The notes below the pieces were generated by a model. It did no database searches. It saw only the letters and a program-made list of their open reading frames with translations, and was not told where the DNA came from. Both the position numbers and the translations under genes were made by a program. Positions 48,157 through 57,540 of a stretch of DNA of 64,000 nt are shown here, piece after piece. Origin of the DNA: Polaromonas sp. UBA4122 (GTDB lineage Bacteria; Pseudomonadota; Gammaproteobacteria; Burkholderiales; Burkholderiaceae_C); assembly GCF_002381615.1 (NCBI RefSeq), contig NZ_DFWY01000078.1, forward strand, positions 21,268 to 85,267, given 5' to 3'. Each line of letters opens with the position of its first letter. Within the stretch, counting starts at the first letter, position 1.

Positions 48157-49668
48157 TCAGTCTTCCACAAAAGCCTCCTCGCGCTTGTGCTTGACCGAAG
48201 GCATCAGCACAACCACCAGCAGCAACAGAGCGGCTGCCAGCAGCCCAGCCGACAGGGGACGCGTCACAAACACGCTCCAGTCACCACGCGACAGCAGCAG
48301 CGCCCGGCGCAGGTTTTCTTCCATCATGGGGCCCAGAATAAAGCCCAGCAGCAAAGGCGCGGGTTCAACGCCCAGCTTGAGAAATAGGTAACCGATCACG
48401 CCAAAACCGCCGACCATCCACACGTCAAACGTGTTGTTGTTGGTGGTGTAAACCCCAATCGCACAGAACAGCACAATCGCCGGGAACAGGTAGCGGTAAG
48501 GCACCGTCAGCAGCTTGATCCACATGCCAATCAGCGGCAGGTTCAAAATGATCAGCATCGCGTTGCCGATCCACATCGAGGCAATCAGGCCCCAGAACAG
48601 TTCGGGGTTGCTGGTCATGACCTGCGGACCCGGCTGGATGTTGTGAATCGTCATGGCGCCCACCATCAGGGCCATCACGGCGTTGGGCGGAATACCCAGC
48701 GTGAGCAGCGGAATGAACGAGGTCTGCGCACCGGCGTTGTTGGCCGACTCTGGCGAAGCCACGCCGCGGATGTTGCCTTGGCCGAAGGGAACTTCGCCGG
48801 GCTTCATCTTGATTTTTTTCTCTAGCGCGTAGGCTGCGAACGCTGCCAGCACCGCACCACCGCCGGGAAGAATGCCCAGAGCAGAACCCAGGAAGGTACC
48901 GCGCAGTACCGCGGGTGCCATGTCCTTGAAATCCTGCTTCGTGGGAAACAGGCCCGTCACATTGGCGGTGAATACCTCGCGTTCATGCTCCGGCTGCGCC
49001 AGATTGCTGATGATCTCACCGTAACCGAACACGCCCATGGCAATCACAATAAAGCCGATGCCGTCGGTCAGCTCGGGAATGTCAAAACTGAAACGTGCAA
49101 CACCCGAATTGACGTCGGTGCCGACCAGGCCGAGCAGCAGGCCCAGCACAATCATCGCAACCGCTTTGAGCAGCGAGCCGGAAGCCATCACCACGGCGCC
49201 GATCAGGCCGAGGACCATCAGCGCAAAATATTCAGCCGGGCCAAACTTGAAAGCCAGTTCGGTCAGCGGAGGCGCGAACGCCGCCAGAATCAGCGTGCCA
49301 ACGCTACCCGCAAAGAACGAGCCCAGACCCGCCGCGGCCAGCGCAGGCCCGGCCCGGCCTTTTCGCGCCATCTGGTAACCGTCGATACAAGTGACCACCG
49401 ATGAAGTCTCACCGGGCAGATTCACCAGAATGGCCGTGGTGGACCCGCCGTATTGCGCGCCGTAATAAATACCGGCCAGCATGATCAGCGCAGAAACGGG
49501 GGGCAACGCGTAAGTAGCTGGCAGCAGCATGGCAATGGTAGCTACCGGGCCGATGCCAGGCAGCACACCAATCAGCGTACCCAGCAGGCAGCCGATAAAG
49601 GCATACAACAGGTTAATCGGCGTGAACGCCACGCCAAAACCCAGCGCCAAATGTGAAATCAGATCCAT
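48157..49668 (-). CDS. tctA: tripartite tricarboxylate transporter large subunit
   Basis: GTLIGVLPGIG, IYYGAQYGGS, ESANNA, TLGIPP. Confidence 0.96.
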   Translation of the reverse strand: MDLISHLALGFGVAFTPINLLYAFIGCLLGTLIGVLPGIGPVATIAMLLPATYALPPVSALIMLAGIYYGAQYGGSTTAILVNLPGETSSVVTCIDGYQMARKGRAGPALAAAGLGSFFAGSVGTLILAAFAPPLTELAFKFGPAEYFALMVLGLIGAVVMASGSLLKAVAMIVLGLLLGLVGTDVNSGVARFSFDIPELTDGIGFIVIAMGVFGYGEIISNLAQPEHEREVFTANVTGLFPTKQDFKDMAPAVLRGTFLGSALGILPGGGAVLAAFAAYALEKKIKMKPGEVPFGQGNIRGVASPESANNAGAQTSFIPLLTLGIPPNAVMALMVGAMTIHNIQPGPQVMTSNPELFWGLIASMWIGNAMLIILNLPLIGMWIKLLTVPYRYLFPAIVLFCAIGVYTTNNNTFDVWMVGGFGVIGYLFLKLGVEPAPLLLGFILGPMMEENLRRALLLSRGDWSVFVTRPLSAGLLAAALLLLVVVLMPSVKHKREEAFVED

Positions 49669-49677
49669 TTTTTTTCC

Positions 49678-50166
49678 TTAGCCGGTGATGAAGGTGGGCC
49701 ACACGGCAATCTGCAGCTGGAGCACAAGCACAAAAGCGATATAACTGCCAACGGCCAGCACGGTGGCCAGAATGAAGGTGGCCTTAACCTTCCAGCCAGA
49801 CTCGGCCATGCTGGAGATGAACGTCAGGGCGTAAATGGCCACAATCATGCCCATCGCAGGAAAATTGATGCTGGGCAAACCGGCCAGCAAGGCACCAAAC
49901 ACCAGATTGGCCAGAATAATAAAAATCAGCGGCTTCCAGGCCCATTTGCCAATTTTGTCGCCGCCCAGGGTCTCAACCACCAGGGCCTTAAAGGTGATGG
50001 CCGCCCCCAAAATGGTCATCAGGATGCCCAGCCAGAGCGGAAAATAGCCGGGGCCCATGCGGGCGGCTTCGCCGATGTTGTAGGTGGTTGCGCCCCAGGC
50101 AAATGCCACGCCGATGCCCATGAACATGAGCCCGGAAAAAAAGTCTTTTTGACTCTTGATATTCAC
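49678..50166 (-). CDS. tctB: tripartite tricarboxylate transporter small subunit
   Basis: KDFFSGLMF, MGPGYFP; four TMs, upstream of tctA. Confidence 0.92.
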   Translation of the reverse strand: MNIKSQKDFFSGLMFMGIGVAFAWGATTYNIGEAARMGPGYFPLWLGILMTILGAAITFKALVVETLGGDKIGKWAWKPLIFIILANLVFGALLAGLPSINFPAMGMIVAIYALTFISSMAESGWKVKATFILATVLAVGSYIAFVLVLQLQIAVWPTFITG

Positions 50167-50318
50167 GGTTTGTCTCCTCTATATAAAGAATGAATTGGTC
50201 GATTGTGCATTCAATCACCGGCGCAGGACATGTGGCTTTCACCTATACGGCCCGGCGGTGCCAGGAAGCCGTAAGTCCGGCCGCAACTTCGGCGGGAGGG
50301 CCAAAAGGCGAAAGCACC

Positions 50319-52133
50319 TCAGGAAAGCGGGGGGGTGGACGCCAGGATTTCTTCGATGGTGGTCAGGCCTTCAGCCACTTTCAGGGCACCCCCCAGTCGC
50401 AGCGGGCGCATCCCTTCCGTGATTGCCTGTTGACGCAGCGCATCAATATTGGGTTCTTTCGAAACCTTTTCCTTGAAGCCTTCGGTCACCGTCAGCAACT
50501 CGTACAAGCCCATCCGTCCCCTGAAGCCGGTCATGCGGCAATCCACACAGCCCACAGGTTTGTAGGGCCGGTAGCCGCCGCTGATTTGCCAGGGTTTGAC
50601 CAGTTCCGCGAGGGTTTCCCGCGAGGCACTGTCGTCCGGCTCACGGCACTGGCTGCACAGGGTGCGTACCAGCCGCTGGGCCAGCACGCCCAGCAAGGTG
50701 GCGTTGATCAGGTAGGACGGCACGCCCAGCTCCATCAGGCGGGATACGGCAGAGGGCGCATCGTTGGTGTGCAGCGTGCTGAAGACCAGGTGGCCCGTCA
50801 GCGCGGCCTGCACAGCCATTTCAGCGGTCGGCAGGTCACGTATCTCGCCCACCATGATGATGTCCGGGTCTTGCCGCATCAAAGCGCGCAGCCCTTCGGG
50901 AAAACCAAAATCCAGATGCGGCTGAACCTGCGTCTGGTTGAACGCGGGCTCGATCATCTCGATCGGGTCTTCGATCGTGTTGACATTGACCTCTTCGGTA
51001 GCGAGCCGTTTCAGTGTGGAATACAGCGTGGTGGTCTTGCCCGAACCGGTCGGGCCGGTCACCAGCACAATGCCGTAGGGGCGTTTGACCAGTTGCTCCC
51101 AGCGCTCGGCGTCGTGTTGCGAAAAGCCCAGCGCATCGAGATTTTTAACCGTGGTGTCTGGGTCAAAAATACGCATGACCATTTTTTCGCCAAATGCAGT
51201 GGGCAGGGTGGACAAGCGCATTTCCACCTCATCGCCGCGCGGGTTGCGTGTCTTGATGCGGCCGTCCTGCGGGCGGCGTTTTTCAACCACATCCATACGG
51301 CCCAGCAGCTTGATGCGCGCCGTCATGGCGCCCAGCACGCCCATGGGCAACTGGTACACCGGGTGCAGCACGCCGTCGATGCGAAAACGGATCACGCCCT
51401 GCTCGCGCCGCGGCTCCAGATGAATATCGCTGGCGCGCTGGTCAAAGGCATATTGCCAGAGCCAGTCCACCACCTGCACCACCCCCTGGTCATTGGCGTC
51501 GAGCTGCTTGTTGCTCTTGTTCAGTTCAACCAGTTGCTCAAAGCTGGCCGAGCCAGACGTTCCGCCCGCCTTGAGCGCCGCCTTGACGGATTTGGCCAGC
51601 GCAAAAAATTCCGCCGTGAACTTGGTGATTTCCAGCGGATTGGCCACCACCAGACGCACGCTGCGTTTGGACTGGCGCTCGATCTCCGACACCCAGTCCG
51701 TGACGAACGGCTCGGACGTCGCAATCACCACCTCGCTAGGTGTGACCTTCACCGGCAACACCTTGTGCCGCTCGGCATATACGGCCGACATGGTGTCTGC
51801 CACCTTGCCCACGTCCACCTTGAGGGGGTCAATCCTCAAATAGCTGAGGCCTGCGCGGCCGGCCAGCCACTGGGCAATGGTTTCGATATCCAGCGGTTTG
51901 CCATCGGCCACACGTGTCATGCTGACACTGGCCAGCCTGACCAGGGGATGCTGCGCGCTTTGCACTTGCGAACAGCGGGCAAGGGTGCGCTGCGCCTCGG
52001 CGCTGCTGATGACGCCGTCTTCACTGAGCCATTCGACCAGGCGACGCCAGTCCAGCGGGCCGGCATGGGGCGCGGAGGAGACCTTTTTAGCCTGATGATC
52101 CCGTGGGGTTTTGGGGGGCATGACTGCACTCAT
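50319..52133 (-). CDS. GspE/PulE/PilB-family ATPase
   Basis: ASDIHLEP, RRPQDGRI, GPTGSGKTTT, EDPIE, RQDPDIIMVGEIRD, TLHTN. Confidence 0.95.
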   Translation of the reverse strand: MSAVMPPKTPRDHQAKKVSSAPHAGPLDWRRLVEWLSEDGVISSAEAQRTLARCSQVQSAQHPLVRLASVSMTRVADGKPLDIETIAQWLAGRAGLSYLRIDPLKVDVGKVADTMSAVYAERHKVLPVKVTPSEVVIATSEPFVTDWVSEIERQSKRSVRLVVANPLEITKFTAEFFALAKSVKAALKAGGTSGSASFEQLVELNKSNKQLDANDQGVVQVVDWLWQYAFDQRASDIHLEPRREQGVIRFRIDGVLHPVYQLPMGVLGAMTARIKLLGRMDVVEKRRPQDGRIKTRNPRGDEVEMRLSTLPTAFGEKMVMRIFDPDTTVKNLDALGFSQHDAERWEQLVKRPYGIVLVTGPTGSGKTTTLYSTLKRLATEEVNVNTIEDPIEMIEPAFNQTQVQPHLDFGFPEGLRALMRQDPDIIMVGEIRDLPTAEMAVQAALTGHLVFSTLHTNDAPSAVSRLMELGVPSYLINATLLGVLAQRLVRTLCSQCREPDDSASRETLAELVKPWQISGGYRPYKPVGCVDCRMTGFRGRMGLYELLTVTEGFKEKVSKEPNIDALRQQAITEGMRPLRLGGALKVAEGLTTIEEILASTPPLS

Positions 52134-52211
52134 GAGTCGCAATGTACCGCATCCACAGCACGAGCCCGTGTCGCCGTGCCGCAATAACGCCTTGCCGCCA
52201 TCACGCGCGCA

Positions 52212-52979
52212 TCAGGCCACCGGCCCGAAAAGCCGCAACCACTTTTTGGCGGGCAGGTCCCAGCGCGATTCAATCACGTCGGCCTGCAGCAAGAGGTCGG
52301 CCCGCTCGGGGCGCGTGGGTTCGCGCTGGGCCATCACCACCGTGTTGCCCTCACGCGTCGGCCGGAAAGCCCAGACCGACTCGGGACCGAAGGCCTCGGC
52401 CATCCTGGTAAGCGACTCGACATAGCTGGAATCGCGACCAAAGAGGTTCACCGTCATCACCCCATCGTCGGTCAGCAGGCTCCGACAGTGGGTGTAAAAA
52501 TCAGCGTCGTCCAGCACCGGCGCAGCGGCTTCTTGGTCATACAGGTCAACGTGCAGCAGATCAACCGTGCCCTGATGCTCAGGTTTCTGTATCTCCGAGC
52601 CCGCATCGGCTTCAATGACATGCAGGCGCAAATCGTCGCGCGGCAATTTGAACCACAGCCGACAGGCCGTAACTACCTGCGGGTTGATCTCGACCGCCGT
52701 GGTTTTCATGCGCAGCTTTTTGTAGCAGAACTTGGTCAGCGCCGCCGAGCCCAGGCCCAGTTGCATCGCATGCTTTTTGGCCACCGTCTGCGCATCCACG
52801 AACAGCAGCCCCACCATCATGCGCTGCACATACTCCAGCTCAATGTCATAGGGCGCATCGCGCAGCATGGAGCCTTGCACCCATTCGGTGCCCAAGTGCA
52901 GAAAGCGCACCTCGCCGTAGTCTGAAAAATTGACTTCGGGGAGCTCTGCAGTGGCTTTAACCGTCTCTTTTTTCGACAT
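52212..52979 (-). CDS. spermidine synthase-like SAM-dependent transferase
   Basis: LHLGTEWVQG, LGLGSAALTK, VEINP, VDLYD. Confidence 0.88.
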   Translation of the reverse strand: MSKKETVKATAELPEVNFSDYGEVRFLHLGTEWVQGSMLRDAPYDIELEYVQRMMVGLLFVDAQTVAKKHAMQLGLGSAALTKFCYKKLRMKTTAVEINPQVVTACRLWFKLPRDDLRLHVIEADAGSEIQKPEHQGTVDLLHVDLYDQEAAAPVLDDADFYTHCRSLLTDDGVMTVNLFGRDSSYVESLTRMAEAFGPESVWAFRPTREGNTVVMAQREPTRPERADLLLQADVIESRWDLPAKKWLRLFGPVA

Positions 52980-53572
52980 TAAATCAATCCATGTTTTTCA
53001 AAAACCTCGCGCCAGGCAGCGAGTTTGCGCTCAAAACTCCACGACGCATTCGCCGGACTGGTTGAAGGCAACTTGTGAAATTGGACCCCCACGCTTTTCA
53101 CTTCGTGTAATGCGCTGCCCCCCGAGGGGGCGGTGCTTGCTTGGGGCGGCCCGGCGCGGCGCACGGCGGCTCCCGTCCCCTCTAATGCAGCCCTGACATG
53201 GAGCGAATGCTTGAAGCTCTCCCCGCCGTTATGGGCAATGGCCTGCAATGCAGGGCAAAGCCGCTGTATCTCTGCAAAATCGTTCACCACCGGATGGCGG
53301 ATATGACTGTCCAGGCTGCCTTCGCGTTCGCACGCCACATACACGTCCCACAGACCCAGCTGCTTGGACAACAGCCAATCACTACGAATTTTATAGCTGC
53401 TCACGCCCGTATCTATTGGGCTAGAAGGCCAAATGGCTTGCAGAATCTTCCAGAAATGGTTTTGCGGATGGCCATAATACTGCCGCGCCGCGAGCGACGC
53501 CACGCTCGGAAAACTACCCAGTATCAGCAGGCGCGTGCGGCTGGAAACCAGCGGCGGCAAACCGATCAGCAC
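52979..53572 (-). CDS. DNA-deoxyinosine/MUG-like glycosylase (UDG superfamily) carrying two repeat-derived segments
   Basis: LILGSFPS, YYGHPQNHFW, LWDV...SLDS, LPSTSPANA. Confidence 0.9.
   Translation of the reverse strand: MLIGLPPLVSSRTRLLILGSFPSVASLAARQYYGHPQNHFWKILQAIWPSSPIDTGVSSYKIRSDWLLSKQLGLWDVYVACEREGSLDSHIRHPVVNDFAEIQRLCPALQAIAHNGGESFKHSLHVRAALEGTGAAVRRAGPPQASTAPSGGSALHEVKSVGVQFHKLPSTSPANASWSFERKLAAWREVFEKHGLI
53086..53162 (+). repeat. family B repeat in-frame inside MUG-like gene
   Basis: CCCCCACGCTTTTCACTTCGTGTAATGCGCTGCCCCCCGAGGGGGCGGTGCTTGCTTGGGGCGGCCCGGCGCGGCGC; encodes VRRAGPPQASTAPSGGSALHEVKSVG. Confidence 0.92.
53381..53446 (+). repeat. family A repeat in-frame inside MUG-like gene
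   Basis: ACTAC-GAATTTT-ATAGC-TGCTCACGCCCGTATCTATTGGGCTAGAAGGCCAAAT; encodes AIWPSSPIDTGVSSYKIRS. Confidence 0.85.
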
Positions 53573-54414
53573 GAGATCAGCGCCCTGAGCTTGGGCAAGG
53601 CCTGCAGCGCGTTGGCGGTGGTGGCCAGGGCCAGTGCTTCAGCCGACAGGCTCCGCAGGCTCGCCACCTGCTGCGCGATGCGCGGCAACTCGCCCGGCTC
53701 ATTGCGGCCCTGCGCCTGGCCTGCCCCGCGCTGCGCTGCGGTGGTGTAAATCCAGTGCGGCGGAATGTCGGGTGAGTCGGTTTCCATCACCAGCGCGTCC
53801 AGTGGCAACTCAACGGCCAGGTGCCTGAGCTGCCGGGCTGGCTCAAACGTCACCGCGCCACCGAAACCCAGCTTGAACCCCAGTTTGATGAACGCCATCG
53901 CCTGCTGCTGGCTGCCATTGAAGGCGTGGGCAATACCGCTCCAGCCGCCTTCAGGCACCAGTTCACGCAAGTGCTTGAGCAGCTTGTCGGCCGAGCGCCG
54001 CACATGCAGGATGACCGGCAAGCCGTGCTTGCGCGCCAGTTTGAGCTGCTCGCGATAGAAATGCTCCTGCCGCTCCCGCATCGGGCTTTCGGTCAGCGCG
54101 GGCACAAAATAATCAAGCCCGATTTCACCCACCGCCACCAGGCGCGGGTCAGACTTTCTGAGGGCCAGCTCTGCATCCAGCACCTGCAAATCGGCGTCTT
54201 GCGCCCTGGGCACCAACAGCGGGTGAATGCCCAGCGCATAGCTGAAAGAAAACTCATTCGCCAGCCTACGCACCGCAGCAAAGTTGCCGACCTCAACAGC
54301 AGGCAACACGCAATGCGCCACCCCGTTGACAGCAGCCCGCGCGCGCACCGCTGCCACATCCGGGGCGAACTCCCCCGCATCGAGGTGGCAGTGGGTATCG
54401 ATCCAGAACGTCAT
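53566..54414 (-). CDS. tatD: TatD-family hydrolase/DNase
   Basis: IDTHCHL, GIHP, VGEIGLD, LHVR, AHAFNGS, METDSP. Confidence 0.93.
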   Translation of the reverse strand: MTFWIDTHCHLDAGEFAPDVAAVRARAAVNGVAHCVLPAVEVGNFAAVRRLANEFSFSYALGIHPLLVPRAQDADLQVLDAELALRKSDPRLVAVGEIGLDYFVPALTESPMRERQEHFYREQLKLARKHGLPVILHVRRSADKLLKHLRELVPEGGWSGIAHAFNGSQQQAMAFIKLGFKLGFGGAVTFEPARQLRHLAVELPLDALVMETDSPDIPPHWIYTTAAQRGAGQAQGRNEPGELPRIAQQVASLRSLSAEALALATTANALQALPKLRALISC

Positions 54415-55415
54415 CCGAGGTGGATCAGCACCTTGCCGACGTGGGTCATGCTCTCGGTCGCCTCATGCGCCGCCACCACCTCGTCCAGACTGAAACCGAA
54501 GCGCGCAAACACCTGGTGCTTGAACTTGCCCGCCCGCAGGGCCGCGGTGATGTAACGCGCGGCCTCGTCATGGGCCTGATGCGACATGGCGTACACCAGC
54601 ACGAAGCGCACCGTCAGGTCCTTGCCCAGCATGGGCCAGAACGGAATCGCGGGCTCGTGAATGGCATCGGAGGCGTAGGTGGCGATCACGCCGTCGGTCG
54701 TGAGCAGCGCCACATCGGTGACCAGGTTCACGCCAAACGCCACCTCGATCACCCGGTCCAGGCCACTGTCCTCGCCCGTGATGTCCTTGACCCGGCGCGC
54801 CACGTCCTCGGTCTTGTAGTTGATCACATGGTCGGCCCCGGCGAGCCGGGCTTGCGCTGCCTGCTCGTCGCGGCTGACGGTGGCGATCACGCGGGCGCCT
54901 TCGAGCTTGGCGATCTGCACCGCATAAAAGCCGACGGCGCCGGCGCCGCCTTGCACCAGCACCGTTTTGCCTTTGACCGGGCCGTCGGCGAGCACGCAGC
55001 GGTGCGCCGTCATCGCCGGAATGCCCATGCAGGCGCCAACCTCGAAATCGACCGCATCAGGCAGCGGCACGGCCTTGTGCTCGGGCACCGTGGTGTATTC
55101 GGCGCAGGTGCCGAAGGGCCGACCCAGCGTGGCCTCGTACACCCAGACGCGCTGTCCGATCCGGGCCTGGTCCACGCCCGGCCCCACGGCGTCGATCACG
55201 CCCGCGCCGTCCTGGTGCGGAATGACCAGCGGAAACGGCATGGCCAGCATCCCGCGGTAGCCACCGCGCCCCTTGGTGTCGGACGGATTGACCGCCGAGA
55301 CATGGATGCGCACCCGCACCTCGCCGGCCTGCGGCTCGGTCAGGGGACGTTCGCCGGCCTGCAACACCTGCCGCGCCGGCCCTTTTTGTTCGTAATAGAC
55401 AGCTTTCATCGTCAT
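54411..55415 (-). CDS. NADPH:quinone reductase (zeta-crystallin/MDR family)
   Basis: SAVNPSD, PHQDGAG, GGAGAVG; stop overlaps the tatD start (ATGA). Confidence 0.92.
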   Translation of the reverse strand: MTMKAVYYEQKGPARQVLQAGERPLTEPQAGEVRVRIHVSAVNPSDTKGRGGYRGMLAMPFPLVIPHQDGAGVIDAVGPGVDQARIGQRVWVYEATLGRPFGTCAEYTTVPEHKAVPLPDAVDFEVGACMGIPAMTAHRCVLADGPVKGKTVLVQGGAGAVGFYAVQIAKLEGARVIATVSRDEQAAQARLAGADHVINYKTEDVARRVKDITGEDSGLDRVIEVAFGVNLVTDVALLTTDGVIATYASDAIHEPAIPFWPMLGKDLTVRFVLVYAMSHQAHDEAARYITAALRAGKFKHQVFARFGFSLDEVVAAHEATESMTHVGKVLIHLG

Positions 55416-55565
55416 GCTTTCCGGGAATGGTTCGAAGGCGCGGACAGCGCACCCTTCAGGCGCAAAGGATAGCGTCATTGGCCATGCGATGTGCAGAAAA
55501 TCGCAGACAAGCCTTCACAGGATAGCGTGTTGCGTCGTCGGACACCGCCTCAACTTCGGTGGCCC

Positions 55566-55579
55566 TTGACCTAGATCAG
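55566..55579. promoter_or_regulatory. FNR/CRP-family box
   Basis: TTGAC-CTAG-ATCAG versus consensus TTGAT-N4-ATCAA (2 mismatches), upstream of the DASS gene. Confidence 0.5.
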
Positions 55580-55712
55580 ACGCACATATAAGCATTGCCT
55601 TAATTCCTCGATACACTCGCACAGGAGATCATGAAATTTCAAGTCATTGGTTCTCGGAAATTCTTCTTTTGTCTACGGCTGCACCGCAGACGGGCTTTTG
55701 GTAAAAACCGCG

Positions 55713-57185
55713 ATGAACAACCCATCCCTTCCCAAACCCATTCCAACCGCCATTGCGGTTGGCATTACCCTTCTTATCTGGTTTGTCATTCCAGTCCCTG
55801 ACAAAGTCAGTCCTGAAGCGTGGCACTTGCTGGCGCTATTTATCGGAACCATTGCCGCCATCATTGGCAAAGCCATGCCGATTGGCGCTTTGTCGATCGT
55901 GGCCATTTCTTTGGTGGCCATTACAGAAGTGACCCGACCCGGCAAACCGGAAGGCGCGATTGCCGATGCCTTGAGTGGTTTTTCCAATCCCTTGATCTGG
56001 TTGATTGCCATTGCCGTGATGATCTCTGTGGCCTTGACCAAAACCGGACTCGGTACGCGAATTGGCTACAACTTTATTTCGCTGTTTGGCAAGAAAACTA
56101 TCGGGGTGGCCTACAGTCTGGTTTTGTCCGAGTTGGTTATTGCCCCGGTCACGCCCAGTAACACGGCACGCGGCGGGGCCATTATTCACCCCATCATGCG
56201 CTCGATCGCGGATGCCTTTGGCTCCAGCCCTGAATTGGGCACCTCGAAAAAAATAGGCCGGTATCTGGCGCTGGTCAATTACAACACCAACCCCATCACG
56301 TCGGCCATGTTCATCACGGCCACCGCGCCCAATCCCTTGATCGTGGATTTGGTTGCCAAAGCCACCAACTCAGCCATCAAGATCACCTGGGGCCAATGGG
56401 CTTTGGCGGCGCTGCTGCCGGGGCTGTGCATGCTGCTGCTGATGCCGCTGGTGTTGTATTTTCTTTTCCCGCCTGAAATCAAAAACACACCCAACGCCAA
56501 AGAGTTGGCCCAAACCGAGCTGACCAAACTGGGGCCAATGAAGTCTTCAGAATTCATCACGCTGGGCGTTTTAGGTCTGATGCTGGCCATGTGGGCTGGC
56601 GTGCCGACCCTGCTGTTTGGCCCAGCATTTGACCTCAACGCCACCACCACAGCCTGGATTGGCCTGTCGCTGTTGTTGATTACCGGTGTGCTGGACTGGG
56701 ACGACATTCTCAAAGCCAAGAGCGCTTGGGACACCTTGATCTGGTTTGCAGCGCTGGTGATGATGGCTACTTTTCTGGGAAAGCTGGGTTTGGTTGGCTG
56801 GTTTGCGTTGTCCATTCAAAATGGCATTAGCTATCTGGGCCTGGGCTGGATGAGTGCCACCGCCGTTTTGGTTCTGGTTTATTTCTACTCCCACTATTTC
56901 TTTGCCAGCACCACAGCCCACATCACGGCCATGTTTGCAGCCTTTTTTACCGCAGGTTTGGCGCTTGGCGCACCGCCCATGCTGCTGGCTTTGGTGCTGG
57001 CCTTTTCGTCTTCGCTGATGATGTCGCTGACCCACTACGGAACCGGCACGGCGCCCATCATTTTCGGCTCGGGCTACACCACCTTGAATGAGTGGTGGAA
57101 GGCCGGCGCGGTGATGAGCGTGGTCAACCTGCTGGTTCTGGTGGTGGCGGGCGGCATTTGGTGGAAGATTTTGGGGTATATCTGA
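55713..57185 (+). CDS. DASS-family (CitT/TtdT-like) di/tricarboxylate transporter
   Basis: PSNTARGGAII, MFITATAPNP, AWDTLIWF, THYGTGTAPI; start uncertain. Confidence 0.93.
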   Translation: MNNPSLPKPIPTAIAVGITLLIWFVIPVPDKVSPEAWHLLALFIGTIAAIIGKAMPIGALSIVAISLVAITEVTRPGKPEGAIADALSGFSNPLIWLIAIAVMISVALTKTGLGTRIGYNFISLFGKKTIGVAYSLVLSELVIAPVTPSNTARGGAIIHPIMRSIADAFGSSPELGTSKKIGRYLALVNYNTNPITSAMFITATAPNPLIVDLVAKATNSAIKITWGQWALAALLPGLCMLLLMPLVLYFLFPPEIKNTPNAKELAQTELTKLGPMKSSEFITLGVLGLMLAMWAGVPTLLFGPAFDLNATTTAWIGLSLLLITGVLDWDDILKAKSAWDTLIWFAALVMMATFLGKLGLVGWFALSIQNGISYLGLGWMSATAVLVLVYFYSHYFFASTTAHITAMFAAFFTAGLALGAPPMLLALVLAFSSSLMMSLTHYGTGTAPIIFGSGYTTLNEWWKAGAVMSVVNLLVLVVAGGIWWKILGYI

Positions 57186-57394
57186 CCAAGCTGCCTGCAG
57201 TTGCACAAGCTGCCAAGGCTTGAAGCACTTCGCAATACCGCCTGATCCCTTCAAGGTTTTTTGACAGCGTGGGCGCGAATCCAGTCGGCCAATTCGGCTT
57301 CGAGATAGGCAGCAAGTCGACAAATATCTGTAAAAACCGGAACGAAAAGACGGCACTGGCCTTGGGTGAAGACCATGACCCGGCACCCAAAAAC

Positions 57395-57540
57395 GATGAA
57401 GCGCCCGTGCCTGCGGTGCTGCCCATTTTGCTGCGCGGCATGGCCTGCCCGCCGCGTTGCTGGACCTCGTGGAAAACTTCACGCTGTTTGACCGCAGCAA
57501 AGGCGAGCCGCTGAAGATTGCGGCGCGCAACCAGCAGTAG
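57395..57540 (+). pseudogene. fragment of type I restriction subunit R (HsdR)
   Basis: PILLRGM[frameshift]LLDLVENFTLFDRSKGEPLKIAARNQQ* resembles the HsdR segment just before the helicase motifs (from memory of the family). Confidence 0.6.

Noticed and set aside
50190-52187. 665-aa plus-strand ORF
   Set aside because: Exactly antisense to the GspE-like ATPase; no recognisable domain or RBS. The same applies to 46527-47858, 54420-55472, 58786-59775 and similar shadows.
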